DNA from: Heptranchias perlo
Lineage: Eukaryota
Assembly (NCBI RefSeq): GCF_035084215.1
Contig: NC_090339.1
Location: 38,812,001 to 38,876,000 of the forward strand
Length of the DNA: 64,000 bases
Direction of reading: 5' to 3'
Below are positions 39,501 to 51,549 of this stretch, piece by piece. The first letter of the stretch is position 1, and each line of letters begins with the position of its first letter. A program made the position numbers and the translations under genes. The notes under the pieces were generated by a model, which saw only the letters and a program-made list of their open reading frames with translations, had not been told where the DNA came from and did not search any database.

Positions 39501-42500
39501 AAGAACCAAGGAATACTATTGGGAAGGTAAACTCATTATCTGGAATCTTTACATTTCAGTGTCTGCAGCTATAGGATTGTGATGGCTAGCTCACGATAAA
39601 CTTAAACTAAATCCAGTTTACATTTAGATCAAAGGTTTAATGTAACTTTAAGACAAAGTGTCTATGAGAAGCAGGTTGAATCCTTATTTCATATGGGTTG
39701 CCAAAACATATATGGAACTTTTATGAATGAACGAACCTCCAGGCACGACATTATTAGATATAAGATTTCATACTACTGAGGACATTTTGTTCCCTTTGAA
39801 GAGAATTGCCTATATTCATTAGGATAAGGCAGTTGAGCCCCTATTGGAGCATTGTTCATTGGCTTACAAGGACTGAATGTTGAAATCGAATTTTATTGCA
39901 TAGGATTTTTAACCAGTGTTTTAAGGATCGTATTCTACAATTCTGTCTGCTGTTCCATGAAAATCTTGTCTACAATATTCAAAGGGACTGTTAATTGTTA
40001 CGATTTGGGGCTTTTTAACTCACTCTCACTGCAAAAGGTAGCGTCCATAGGCGAACCCAATGCCTTATGGTCTGAAACTTAACCTGTGAATAGTATAAAC
40101 TATATAATGTGCTGTAAGACAAACAATCCTTCCTTTCATTGCACACTTTCTACTGATAGTATGTAAGATTCCATTGTGTCTGATTCCACTGTGTCTTGCA
40201 TCATTTCAGAAGATCGAAACATCAGCCATGCAAGATACTTTTCGTAGCAGGTTTATTCATAAATAAATTATTTACAAAAAATGATGCTCAGGATCCTGTC
40301 TACACACTTCCTGCTACCACTTTTCATGACATTAACCCAGCCCCCTCTGCACTTGGATGCCTCCTATCGCCCCCAACTGGACCTCAAGCCGTAGCTCATG
40401 CTGTCTCCTGTCCCTTGACCTGATCTTGAAGCTCACCTGCACCAAAAGCTTCATTCTGGACTGCTGCTGGGAGCCAGCTTTTGGTGTTTTCATTGTTTTT
40501 AAAATCAATGCTGATTTTAAAACTGCAGAAAGAACTTGAAGAAGCTGATACCCAGCAGCAGCTGGGAATGTGGTTTGGCACTGGGCAGATCAAGAAATTT
40601 GGGACTCCAATGGCTCACAGGAGACCAGGAACAGTGGAAAACCTATATTATTTAAAATAGTGATATTTATTGAAAATAAAATAGATTTTTCCAGTCATTA
40701 AGAAATCAACTAACCCCAGTTTATGACCAGATCCCACAGCTGCCCCTGCAGTGAATGGACCCCAAGGCCGGCATGGGGTCCGGTTATGGCAGGAAGTGGT
40801 GAGATTTGTTGAAAGGGTTCTCCCAGCAGTGACTGGAGAAAGACTGCATTATAATTAAAATAAATGTATGTGGCTGCACTTTAAGTCATACAGGTTTCCC
40901 CACATCATTTAAAAGAAAAATCAATCCCACCTGCTTGCCACAATCCAAACCCCTCCCAGCCTATTTTGAGCACCTCTGGCTTCTCTGTTCACTGCTGTCT
41001 CGCTCTTGAGATAGCCCCTATCGCCTTTGCTTTGTCAGCAGCATCCTGAAACCCATCCCCTAGTTATCCTGCACTCAGTACCCTCTTTTGCAATGCTTTT
41101 ATACCCTGCCACCATGATCCTAATGTGGCTATACCCTAAATCCACCTTCCTACTGTCTCAAGCAGCACTTTTTCCCAGTGCTAACGCACCCTGAGGCCCC
41201 ACTGTTACTCCCCAGAATTACATCTCCCTCCCCCAATGTTTATATTCTGACACACCTCCCCTACACCTGCCAGCCCCCTGTACCCTCTTCTCAGTGGGCC
41301 CAAAGTGACCATTCCCTCTAGTTCTTCCTCTTGCATCTCAGACCTTTGTACCTTCCCCAGTGCTCTTATATCCCATGACCCTTGCACCCAAAGTCCCACC
41401 CTCCCAATGCTACTAACTGACTTGTCCCTTTGATTCCTCATCACTTTGATTCCCCATCACTACTACACCCAGTTTCTATAACCTACCTTCTATCTACCAG
41501 TAATGTGGAATACTTTCTGCTGTAGCCTGAACTTTAAAAGAAGCGTAGAGATAAAATTAATTGCTTCGTTAAACAAAATTTTAATGTAATCAAGTCCACC
41601 GATTTAACAGCCTCCATGCAAATATCAAATGGTATGAGTCTGCAAATATAATTAACACATCTACACTACTTTGTAATAAAAATGCAGTTTGACTTAATCA
41701 CCTTCAGGCACTAGCCCTGATAATATCTTGTGCATTACATTACATTATTCTCTTAACTCACTATGAGCAATGCCATGGGAGATTTAGTAATAGTCTGACA
41801 TGGAGTGTGCAATTTTTATCATTTTTCCTTTGAGTTTTTCTGACACTCTTGATTGGCTCAAAGTAAGATAGCAAATCAGAGCTGATGAGGTATGGAATGT
41901 ATGAATCAAAAGAAAAGTAACCAACACTGAGGAACCGTTATGGTCTCATGAGAACAACCAATCCTGAATGACCAGTCAGAAGAACACCCCACTAAAAGAA
42001 AAAGGTGATCCAATAAAATTGCTCAAAACACTCTGAATTTGTTTTCTTAGCTTGGCATGTATTACTTAAAAATAAGATTCAATCTTTCTACCCTCAGTAC
42101 ACTAATATGGCAACGGGGATCTGTTCCGCTGGGTATTTGCCAGTTTTTATGGTAGTTTGATTGTCTCACTCCCTAATCTTAAAAAAAATTAAATCAAGGC
42201 ATAATGAAGTTTTGGCATCATGCAAAATGTTTTTGGTCATTATGCCTTCCTTTGTGACTCATTTAAGGGACATCTGTATAAAAGAGGTGTTCCTCATTAC
42301 TAAGACTCAATAGTCAAGGTGGAAGTGCCTTCAAGCTATCATAATTGTGTATTTGGCTGTTACTGGCAAAAACTTATTGTTCAGCCTTTGGTCAGTTCTG
42401 TCACCAGGGTTATAATGGAGCACAGAATTATAATGTGGAAGGCATACTTCCAAGTGCCTTGGATCTGCTGCAGCTCTGCAGTAAAGTATGGTAACAAGAA

Positions 42501-43419
42501 GTGGTGGTGTACTGAATGGTTAACAACTTGGCTTTGGAACGAAGTCATGGAAGAAGACAACCAAAGGCATCAGGGCTATGAGGAACATGACCAGCAGCAG
42601 CAAAATGAGTTTGCCCAGCTGATTTGGGAAATCTGAGAACAACATCTTCCCACTGCATTAATAGTCCTGTCAATATTCCATGCCTATCCCTGAGAATTCA
42701 CTATGCCTAGAATCTTAAGCAATCCCATCAAAACACCCAGCTTCCATTCATCAGATATCATCCCAGCCACTTGCTAGCCATTTTTTTGTCTTTTTTTTCT
42801 GTCATACCTTTCAGCTACACTTTTTGTCATACTTAGATGATTGGCTCAAAACAAAAGCAGCAAATCAGAATTGAATAGATAGGAAACATACAAATCAAAG
42901 CAAGGAAAGGGGCTAGAAAACTAATCCTGGATGACCAGTCAGGAGAATTTATGCATAAAAGGAGATGGTGACACAATTGAATTTGTATGCCAGTTTTTTC
43001 TCAGAAACTGAAATTTGTAATCTTCAAAATAAAGATTAACCAAAATAAAAACATTTAAAAAAATTGAATGATAACGTGATTAAAATTACTCATAGAATTG
43101 TCTTTTGTCTCTTTAATGCCTTCATTTTTGCATCAAGGGCAGAGCTGTCTCAAAAGCATAGGCTTCACCGGATAGTGTTTCTGCAGAAGGAGTTACCAAC
43201 CATACATGCGCAATCTAAGCATAAATATTTTTCAGAATTTCCCATCGTCCGTTAGTAAGTTTCTCTGGATTTTTCAAGCACAAACTTTATCCTGTCATAC
43301 TGTGACAATATTTCTGTTTCTTTGTATTTGAAAATATTTGAATACCATCCAGACCATACCATTTGTAAACACTACATTAATTTAAGCTATTACCAAATGT
43401 CTAATTTTTATTTTGGCGC

Positions 43420-43815
43420 TAGCCTTGGCTCAGTGGTAGCACTCTCACTTGAGTCAGAAGGTCATGGGTTCAAGCCATAAGCACATAGTCTATGCTGACA
43501 TTTCAGTCTGCACTGTCAGAGGTTCTGTCTTTTGGATGAGATGTTAAACCAAGGTCTACTGTCAGGTGAACATAAACGATCTCATTGAACCATTCGAGGA
43601 AGAGCAAGGGAGTTCCACCAGTGTACTGGACAATATTTATCCCTCGACCAACATCACCAAAGTGGATTATCTCATTCTTTGTTGGACCTTCCTGACTGCT
43701 GCATTTCCCTACATTCCAACAGTGACTACTCTGCAAAAGTACTTCATTGGCTGTAAAGTACTTTGGGGCATCCTGAGATTGTGAAAGATGCTATGTAAAT
43801 GTATGTTCTTTCTTT
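43420..43815 (+). mobile_element. tRNA-headed Deu-type SINE
   Basis: tggctcagtggtagc A box, ggttcaagcc B box, gtctttggatgagatgttaaacc core and ctatgtaaatgta tail. Confidence 0.8.
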
Positions 43816-44344
43816 GAAAGAGCATAATTTAAACATTGCTGGAGAGAAATAGGGACATGCAGATAGAGGGAGGGAACAGCTTTAGTAGGTATTGGAGAAA
43901 CAGCACAGATTTAATCATATAATTGTAAAGTTGTATTTTTGTGTGTTTATTATCTTAGTTTATTTTGGAGGTTTTATTTCTTATATATGACAAACAAATA
44001 AAACTTCAGTTCAGCAGAGCAAGCTAATTACATCAGCTATGTTATCTAATTGTAAACATAATCAACTACAGCTGTGTTAGTTATCGAATATGTGTACAGT
44101 TAGCAACTATATTGTTATAAAGTGCATTTCGTGCTTAAAACTGGCCTGAGGCTCATAGGCCCACTGTACCCCCGAACCAACCCCCATAATTGCTGCAAAA
44201 CCCTACAACCCTATTCCTACTACTGTTATGTCACATATGCCTATCTCCATCTTTTTTGTATCCTGGGTTTTAAAAAAGGTAAAAGATCAAAATTAAATAT
44301 GTAGGTAGAAGAGCATCTAATAATAATACGTGCTACTCGTTTAT

Positions 44345-44675
44345 GGTTTACCGTCTTTTGCACAAGATGTAAAATTGAAGCACCTTCTGCCTGTTCAGAT
44401 GGATGTAAAAGATCCTGTGGCACTATTCAAAGAAGATCTGGGGAGTTTCTTCTGGTGTTCTGGTGAATATTTATCTCTGAAACAATTAAACCAAAACAGA
44501 TTGACTGATTATTTGTCTTAATTTGTTGGTTGTGGGACCTTGCTATGTTTAAATTATCTGCTGCTTTATCCAACATAACAACAGGTACTACATTTAAAAG
44601 TAATTCATTAGCTGTGAAGTACTTTGGGGCATCTTGAGAATGTGAAAGGTGCTATATGAATGCAAGTTCTTTTCT
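44345..44675 (+). mobile_element. Deu-type SINE, headless copy
   Basis: ggatgtaaaagatcctgtggcactatt core and ctatatgaatgcaagttc tail. Confidence 0.72.
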
Positions 44676-45226
44676 TTCATGAAAAAAATGAGCAGAGTGC
44701 AGAATTCAACTTCCAAAATACTAATAAAAATATTAAGATACAATGTAATAAAAACAGAATTTGACTTATACATTACTGTAAATCCATGGTACTGGTAATA
44801 TATTGTGCATTATGTGGTATAACACCCCTATTGTTAAAGAACAACATATTCCTTGTCACACTTACAAGCTTGTTTAATCTAGGCAAATTTCTTGTAGCTG
44901 ATTGGCTCATATGCACATTTTTCTCAACAATTTATTTTTAGAAAAAAGGTAAAGAAAGTAAGTCATTGAAATTTAAAGAGCAACTTCTTCCCCTACATGA
45001 AAAACTTTATCAACACAGGAGTCAGAAATCAAAATCTTTAGTTTGGCCATTGTGCTAGCAGAAGTGTGCGGGCCGAGGTTTCTCCTGATACCATGCGTAA
45101 GTTGAAGACCTTAACCGATTTTCTAGGGTCAGCGAATTTAAATAATGTTGGGCTTCCAGGAGTTGGTAGTTTGTTTCAGGTGGAAAACCTCATGCTACTA
45201 CAGGATTTAGTATTGCAGCAGTTTAA

Positions 45227-45448
45227 ATGGCCAGACAGTACAGGAGTAAACGAATTAAATCACTGGCAGCGAGGACTACTTTGCTATGCCGGGCAACAGA
45301 TTTAACTGCTAGTGAGCTGGAGGTTCTTCTGCAGGAGTTGAGGCAGAGGAGGCATGATCTGTTTGGTGTGTTAGGCAAAAGATCAAGGTCAGTGGCTGCA
45401 GCACAATGGGGGGAGGGGGCACTACCAGTAAGATGCCATATGACCTAA
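45227..45448 (+). mobile_element. Myb/SANT-like ORF remnant of a PIF/Harbinger transposon
   Basis: RATDLTASELEVLLQELRQRRHDLFG...AQW resembles the first helices of Harbinger-associated Myb-like proteins (NAIF1/MSANTD4 type). Confidence 0.55.
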
Positions 45449-47279
45449 TGCTATGTTTACTTAACAACAATTCAATTTTGTAGCTTTAAAGGAACACAGG
45501 TGCAATTTAGTGGCAGAATAATACATTGTGCATTACAAGGGATAACACTCCTGTCCTTATACATCAGTACAGCATCCAACTTACCAGGAGCAGTGCCACA
45601 GAAGACCTGCTGGTATAATAATAAATATGGTATGTGTGAGCATTTATTGTACCTCATGTCACACTCCCTGTGCTGCCATTTCTGTCATACTTAATTATAG
45701 GGAAATTCTAAGCATGTAATTGGCTCATGCAAAATGTTTCCACCAATCTTAAAAAAGGTCACTAATTTAGAATGTAAAGAGAAACTCCCCCACCAACAGA
45801 AAAGTGAAGAGGATCCGGTACCAAATTGGTAGGACTGGAGTGTGCAGAGCATTACACCCACCAGTATAGACAAGTACCAACTGCATGGGATTTTCCATAG
45901 TCAGCTGATTTAATATATTCAGATTTAAGCAGGTGAGCTCTTGTGCTAAATTGAGTTTGCACTTGGAGTTCTTGGTGGGGGAAGGAGTCTTGTCCTCTTC
46001 AAAAATTAAAAGCAATGTGGCCACTTAAGTTGGAAGTGGTGGCCAGCTGAACTCTGTGTGTACTATCCAGGAGACCTGGAAACAGATGTGGAAGCAGATG
46101 GCACATCTTCAGTGTCAACATAAGCCTATCCAATGGTACCCAGTATGCATGCCAAAAAGTAGAGCATACTGTTGTACATTTATTAATGGCCTTGTCTACT
46201 TTGGAAATAAAAGCAGTGCAGCTGTGTGATGCTTCTCGTGCTATTGAGAAGCAAAATAGATGAAATGGCTGTACTTACTGATATATCAGTTCCATGTAGT
46301 TGTGGGCAGCGCATTAGCTAATATTGGAAATGATCCTTAGATTGGAAGAAAGCGAAGAAATAAAATTGAGTGCACTGGTACGGGGAAGTTTTCTAATTGG
46401 GTATCAAATGGGACACTATTGGTAGTGCGTCGGCAGTCCCTACCCAATGTGGCAACCTAGAAGCGCACACTTTTCCTGGGCGCTCCGCTACAGTTCACTG
46501 GTGTCCTGCGACAAAAAAACGGTCGGCTGTAGCAGGCTGGAAGAGTTTTGTAGCACCTGGAGGAGCACTCCTGCTTCCGGCCCTACAAAAATCTTAAAAA
46601 AGAACCACCGATTAGGCTTCTCAACACCAGGAGAAAGTGGGACTAGCATGTGCCATGCACGCTGCGTTCATTTCTCCACAAAAATTGCAATCTACGAGTA
46701 GAACCTCGATTTGCATATTAACACAAAATATGCCTGCTTCGGGTGGGAGTGCTGGGCACCCATTTAAAGGCCTGCAGGCCCCCACCAGATTTCCCTCCAC
46801 TAGTCACCTCTTTTTCAGGCGAGAAACGGATGGCTAGCAGTTGTAAATCCACCCCCCGCCCCCGGTAAACTTGCACGCCACTGCCTATCTCTACGATGCA
46901 GGTTGGCTACAAGTTTCCTTGCAGCAGATGGAACAATCTGCAAGCGGGGGTTCCATGCTGATCTCAGAGACTACAGACATTCCAGAGTAGATTTTCTGCC
47001 TTTTCTGCTAAATTTTTCCTGTAATTTGGGTAGGCAGCGGTGGGAAATTACTTTGGGGTATGTGCTGTGCTGCATCCCTGTCCATTTTTATATCATTTTA
47101 ATTTAGTCCTAGGTTGGTCCTCCCAACTGCATCTCCCAGGCTCATTATTTTCACTGAACAACCCTTACTTCTGCTGACTAGGTTACTTACAGAAGTACCA
47201 AGTACTTTTCAAACTCCTACTACCTTATTTCTTTTTCTGATCACATTCATCTTGAAGAAGAATAGTTTCTGAAAATTCT

Positions 47280-47790
47280 ATCTGATGTGAAAATAAATAA
47301 GTCTGCGAGGGCACCTGATCCACTGACCAAAAATTAAATAAACAATTGTGTTTGAGTTCTAAATCAATTAGATGTTTAACTTATATGCTGATTGCATGGG
47401 TTCCCTCACACTGTGCGTAAAATATGTAATTTGTAAATATAAATTTAAATGAGGTGCTGACCATACAAGGTCATGAAAATAAATAATTAATGAGTGGAAC
47501 CACCCATCCCAATGGGTGAAAATTAATTAATTTATCATATGTGAGCTACAAATTAATAAATCTAATTTGTAGGTTTAGTTTATGTGCTACCTTAATACTT
47601 TTCTTGTGTGAAATGTGCATACATATATTTATATTGTGCCCATACCATGTGAGGCCGACACGAAAATAAATAAATAAAATAAAATTACCCGACTCACCCA
47701 GTGAAAATTAATTAAATAAATAAATGATTGTCTGCAAGGTACAAATTAATTAACAAAATTGTGGACGTTTAATTTATGTGCTCACTCATT
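47280..47790. repeat. Degenerate AT-rich tandem repeat, about 3 units of ~190 bp
   Basis: gaaaataaataa recurs near 47289, 47475 and 47662; ttta(a/g)(c/t)ttat(a/g)tgct recurs near 47375, 47574 and 47768. Confidence 0.55.
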
Positions 47791-47900
47791 GGAGATAATG
47801 TTAACTTTTGGCGTTGGTGTAAAATGGGCGATATTGGATTGGCCTCCCGTTATACACACTGCCTGTTTTTCACCATCGGCGAAAGTTAAAATTACATCCA
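47790..47900. mobile_element. Small palindromic MITE-like element
   Basis: Imperfect ~34-bp inverted arms tggagataatgttaacttttggcgttggtgtaaaa / ttttcaccatcggcgaaagttaaaattacatcca. Confidence 0.55.
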
Positions 47901-48349
47901 TTTTTTTTTTCAAAATCTGTATGAAATGTGTATCTCTAAAATTAAATAATGTCCTTATTGTGTGAGCATTATGTGGAAATAATTATTTTGGTGAGAACAC
48001 CAAGTATTCAGATGAGACATTTTAAGTTGGTACAGGTTTTGACTCCTGTGTGTAATCGATTAAGTATAATATGTGGCAATGCTGATGATGAGACAGAGGG
48101 TATGGTGTTTTATAACAATAGGCATGTTATCAACAAACTGATTGGGAAAGTGTGACAAGTAAAATGTTACTGGAGTTAGATGTCACACTTTATAGGCAAG
48201 ACTTTTAATATATTAATAATATATACAAATATATCAACCCTTTAATATGTACATATACAATATCAAATATGTAAGAATTTCCTGTGGTATAATTTGTGGT
48301 GAGTTGCAGCATATGTGTTTTACAACAATAGAGTGATTGATTTACTGTG

Positions 48350-50160
48350 ACAGGCATATCAATAGTAAATGGGTAGTAAGAGGAGGGGTGGGGCCAATTA
48401 AGGACCATAAAGGAGATCTACTCACAGAGGCAGAGGGCATGGCCGAGGTACTAAGTGAGCACTTTGCATCTGTCTTTACCAAGGAAGAAGATGCTGCCAG
48501 AGTCTCAGTAAAGGAAGACATAGTTGAGATACTGGATGGGCTAAAAATTGATAAAGCTACTAGAAGTACTAGAAAGGCTAGCTGTACTTATAGTAGATAA
48601 GTCACCTGGTCCGGATGGGATGCATCCTAGGTTGCTGAGGGAAGTACGGGTGGAAATTTCAGAATTACTGGCTATAAACTTCCAAACATCCTTAGATACG
48701 GGGGTGGTGCCAGAGGACTGGAGAATTGTAAATGTTACACCCTTGTTCAAAAAAAGATGTAAGGATAAACCCAGCAACTATAGGCCAGTCAGTTTAACTT
48801 TGGTCGTGGGGAAACTTCTAGAAACAATAATCCGAGACAGAATTAACAGTCACTTGGACAAGTGTGGATTGATTAGGGAAAGCCAGCACGGATTTGTTAA
48901 AGGCAAATCGTGTTTAACTAACCTGAGAGTTTTTAGATGAGGTAACAGAGAGGGTAAATGAGGGCAATGCAGTTGATATGGTGTATATGGACTTTCAAAA
49001 GGCGTTTGCTAAAGTACTGCGTGGTAGGCTTGTCATCAAGATTGCGGCCCATTGAATAAAGGGGGCAGTGGCAACATGGATACAGAATTGGCTACGGGAC
49101 AGGAAACAGAGAGTAGTAGTGAACGGTTGTTTTTCAGACTGGAAGGAGGTGTACAGTGGTGGTCCCCAGGGTCGGTGCTGGGACTACTGCATTTCTTGAT
49201 ATATATTAATGATTTGGACTTGGGTGTACAGGGCACAATTTCAAAATTTGCAGATGACATAAAACTTGGAAGGGTAGTGAACAGTGAGGAGGATAGTGAT
49301 AGACTTCAAGAGGATATAGACAGAATGATGGCATGGGCGGACACTTGGCAGATGAAATTTAACGCAGAAAAATGAGAAGTGATACATTTCAGTAGGAAGA
49401 ACGAGGAGAGGCAATATAAACTAGAGGGTACAATTCTAAAAGAGTCTAGAGACAGAACTGAGGGTATATGTACACAAATCGTTGAAGGTGGCAGGGCAAG
49501 TTGAGAAAGCGGTTAAAAAAGCTTACGGAATCCTGGGTTTATAAATAGAGACATAGAAAACAAAAGCAAGGAAGTCACGAAGAACCTTTATAAAACACTT
49601 GTTCGGCCACAACTGGAGTGGTGTGTCCAGTTCTGGGCACCGCACTTTAGGAAAGATGTGAAGGCCTTAGAGGGGGTGCAGAAGAGATTTACTAGAATGA
49701 TTCCAGGGATGATGGACTTTAGTTACATGGATAGACTGGAGAAGCTGGGGTTGTTCTTCTTGGAACAGAGAAGGTTGTGAGAAGATTTGATAGAGGTATT
49801 CAAAATCATGAAGGGTCTAGACAGAGTAGGTCGAGAGAAACTGTTCACATTGGCGGACGGGTCAAGAACCAGAGGACATAGATTTAAGGTGATTGGCAAA
49901 AGAACCAAAGGTGACATGAGGAAAAACTTTTTTACACAGCGAGTGGTTAGGATTTGGAATGCACTGCCTGAGGGGGTGGTGGAGGCAGATTCAATCATGG
50001 CCTTCAAAAGGGTACTGGATAAGTACTTGAAAGTAAAAAATTTGCAGGGCTATGGGGATAGAGCGGGGGAGTGGGACTAGCTGGATTGCTCTTGCACAGA
50101 GCTGGCGTGGACTCAATGGGCCGAATGGCCTCCTTCCAGGCTGTTACCTTTCTATGATTC
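48350..50160 (+). mobile_element. CR1 LINE, 5'-truncated RT plus tail
   Basis: KSPGPDGMHPRLLRE...NYRPVSLT...SQHGFVKGKSCLTNL, ISKFADDIK and tail ending ttctatgattc. Confidence 0.93.
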
Positions 50161-50462
50161 AATGACTGAATTATGTCCAATTCCATTTGAGGAGTCTTAC
50201 CAGTGTTTGGGGATCGAATTCTGCAACTTTGCCCATTATTCTGCAAAAAACTGCAAATGAATGGCTTTCCTGCATATGTATTTCTTTACCCATGTAACTG
50301 CTTTGATTGTGACCCATGTCATTTTGGGGTCATGATGTTTAGCAGCATTGGAGCGTTTCTCAGGTTTGGCAGAACTAGGTTAGGGGTCTTGAAGTTTGGC
50401 TGCAATGAGCCAGGAGTGCTGGGCTTTGGTGCCACAGTGCAGTCTGGCGGAACTCAGGTGGG

Positions 50463-50773
50463 AATCATAGAACGATACGCACAGAAGGAGGCCATTTGGC
50501 CCATCGTGCCTGTGTTGGCTCTTTGCAAAAGCTATCCAATTAGTCCCAATCCCCTGCTCTTTTCCCATAGCTTTGCAAATTTTTCCGCTTCAAGTAATTA
50601 TCCAATTCCCTTTTGAAAGTTACCATTGAATCTGCTTCCACCATCCTTTCATGCAGCGCATTCCAGATCATAACAACTCGCTGCGTAAAAACTTTTTTCC
50701 TCATGTCGCCTCTGATTCTTTTGCCAATTACCTTAAATCTGTGTCCTTTGGTTACCGACCCTTCTGCCACTGG
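50463..50773 (-). mobile_element. CR1 LINE 3' fragment
   Basis: AEGSVTKGHRFKVIGKRIRGDMRKKVFTQRVVMIWNAL. Confidence 0.88.
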
Positions 50774-50785
50774 ATGTTTCCTCAC

Positions 50786-50944
50786 CTGGCACAAGGTGGA
50801 GCCCTCAGCTTGGGCAATTTTCACAATGGGGATCCACATAATAGAGAAGATCATACACCAGCCAAGTGCTGTTGCCCAGACAGCGTACTCAACAGGTCCA
50901 TATGTTGATGGGGCAAATGTTGCTGAGGACCAGATTAAGATTGC
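50786..50944 (-). pseudogene. Isolated degenerate exon of an SLC6 (SLC6A14-like) amino-acid transporter, TM11-TM12 region
   Basis: AILIWSSATFAPSTYGPVEYAVWATALGWCMIFSIMWIPIVKIAQAEGSTLCQ aligns with SLC6A14 AIFIWSLVQFHRPNYGAIPYPDWGVALGWCMIVFCIIWIPIMAIIKIIQAKG (recalled sequence). It ends in a CAG|GTGAGG donor and shows small in-frame deletions. No other exons were recognised. Confidence 0.75.
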
Positions 50945-51549
50945 TGCCAAATGTGGGGTTTGATTCATTGGTTGATTCCTGGAGTCCTACAGCCCTGGAA
51001 GCATTAAGAGGATGGGGAGAAGGAGGCACTCAATTAAGCGTTTATGATAGGTTCTTGTAAAATAAGTAAATGCCATTTTCCTTAGATAAATAAATGACAC
51101 AGCTACATAAATAAGTATAAAGATTCTACTCTCTCTGCCTCTGTCTCTACCTCCCTGGAGTGGTAAATAGACACATAGCAGCTTTAACTTTATTTTTACT
51201 TTCAATGAGCAAAATTCAGTCAGCAATTTTTTCATCTCTTGGAGAGTGTTTGAGAGAGGTCAGAATTCCAATTTGTAGCCTTTGTACACTCTTGTTAATC
51301 ACAAACACTAATAAAAATTACCTCAGAAACATTATTTATCTGAGTCCCAATGTATCCAGGAAAATAAAAAATTACAGAATGTACAGCACAGAAACAGACC
51401 ATTTGGTCCAACAGCTCCAGGCCGGTGTTTATGCTCCACACGAGTCGCCTTCCACCCTTCTACATCTAACCCCATCAACATATCCTTCTATTCCTTTCTT
51501 CCTCTTGTGTTTATCTAGCTTGCCCTTAAATGCACCTATGCTAGTCACC

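Noticed and set aside
45500-46024. Possible exons of a downstream gene such as ITGB1BP2, the human neighbour of NONO
   Set aside because: No CHORD-domain or other recognisable motif was found here or elsewhere in the window.
50540-50968. SLC6-LINE fusion ORF (142 aa) as a chimeric protein
   Set aside because: It reads through a splice donor into a LINE fragment, and there is no promoter or credible start. Only the exon part is reported.
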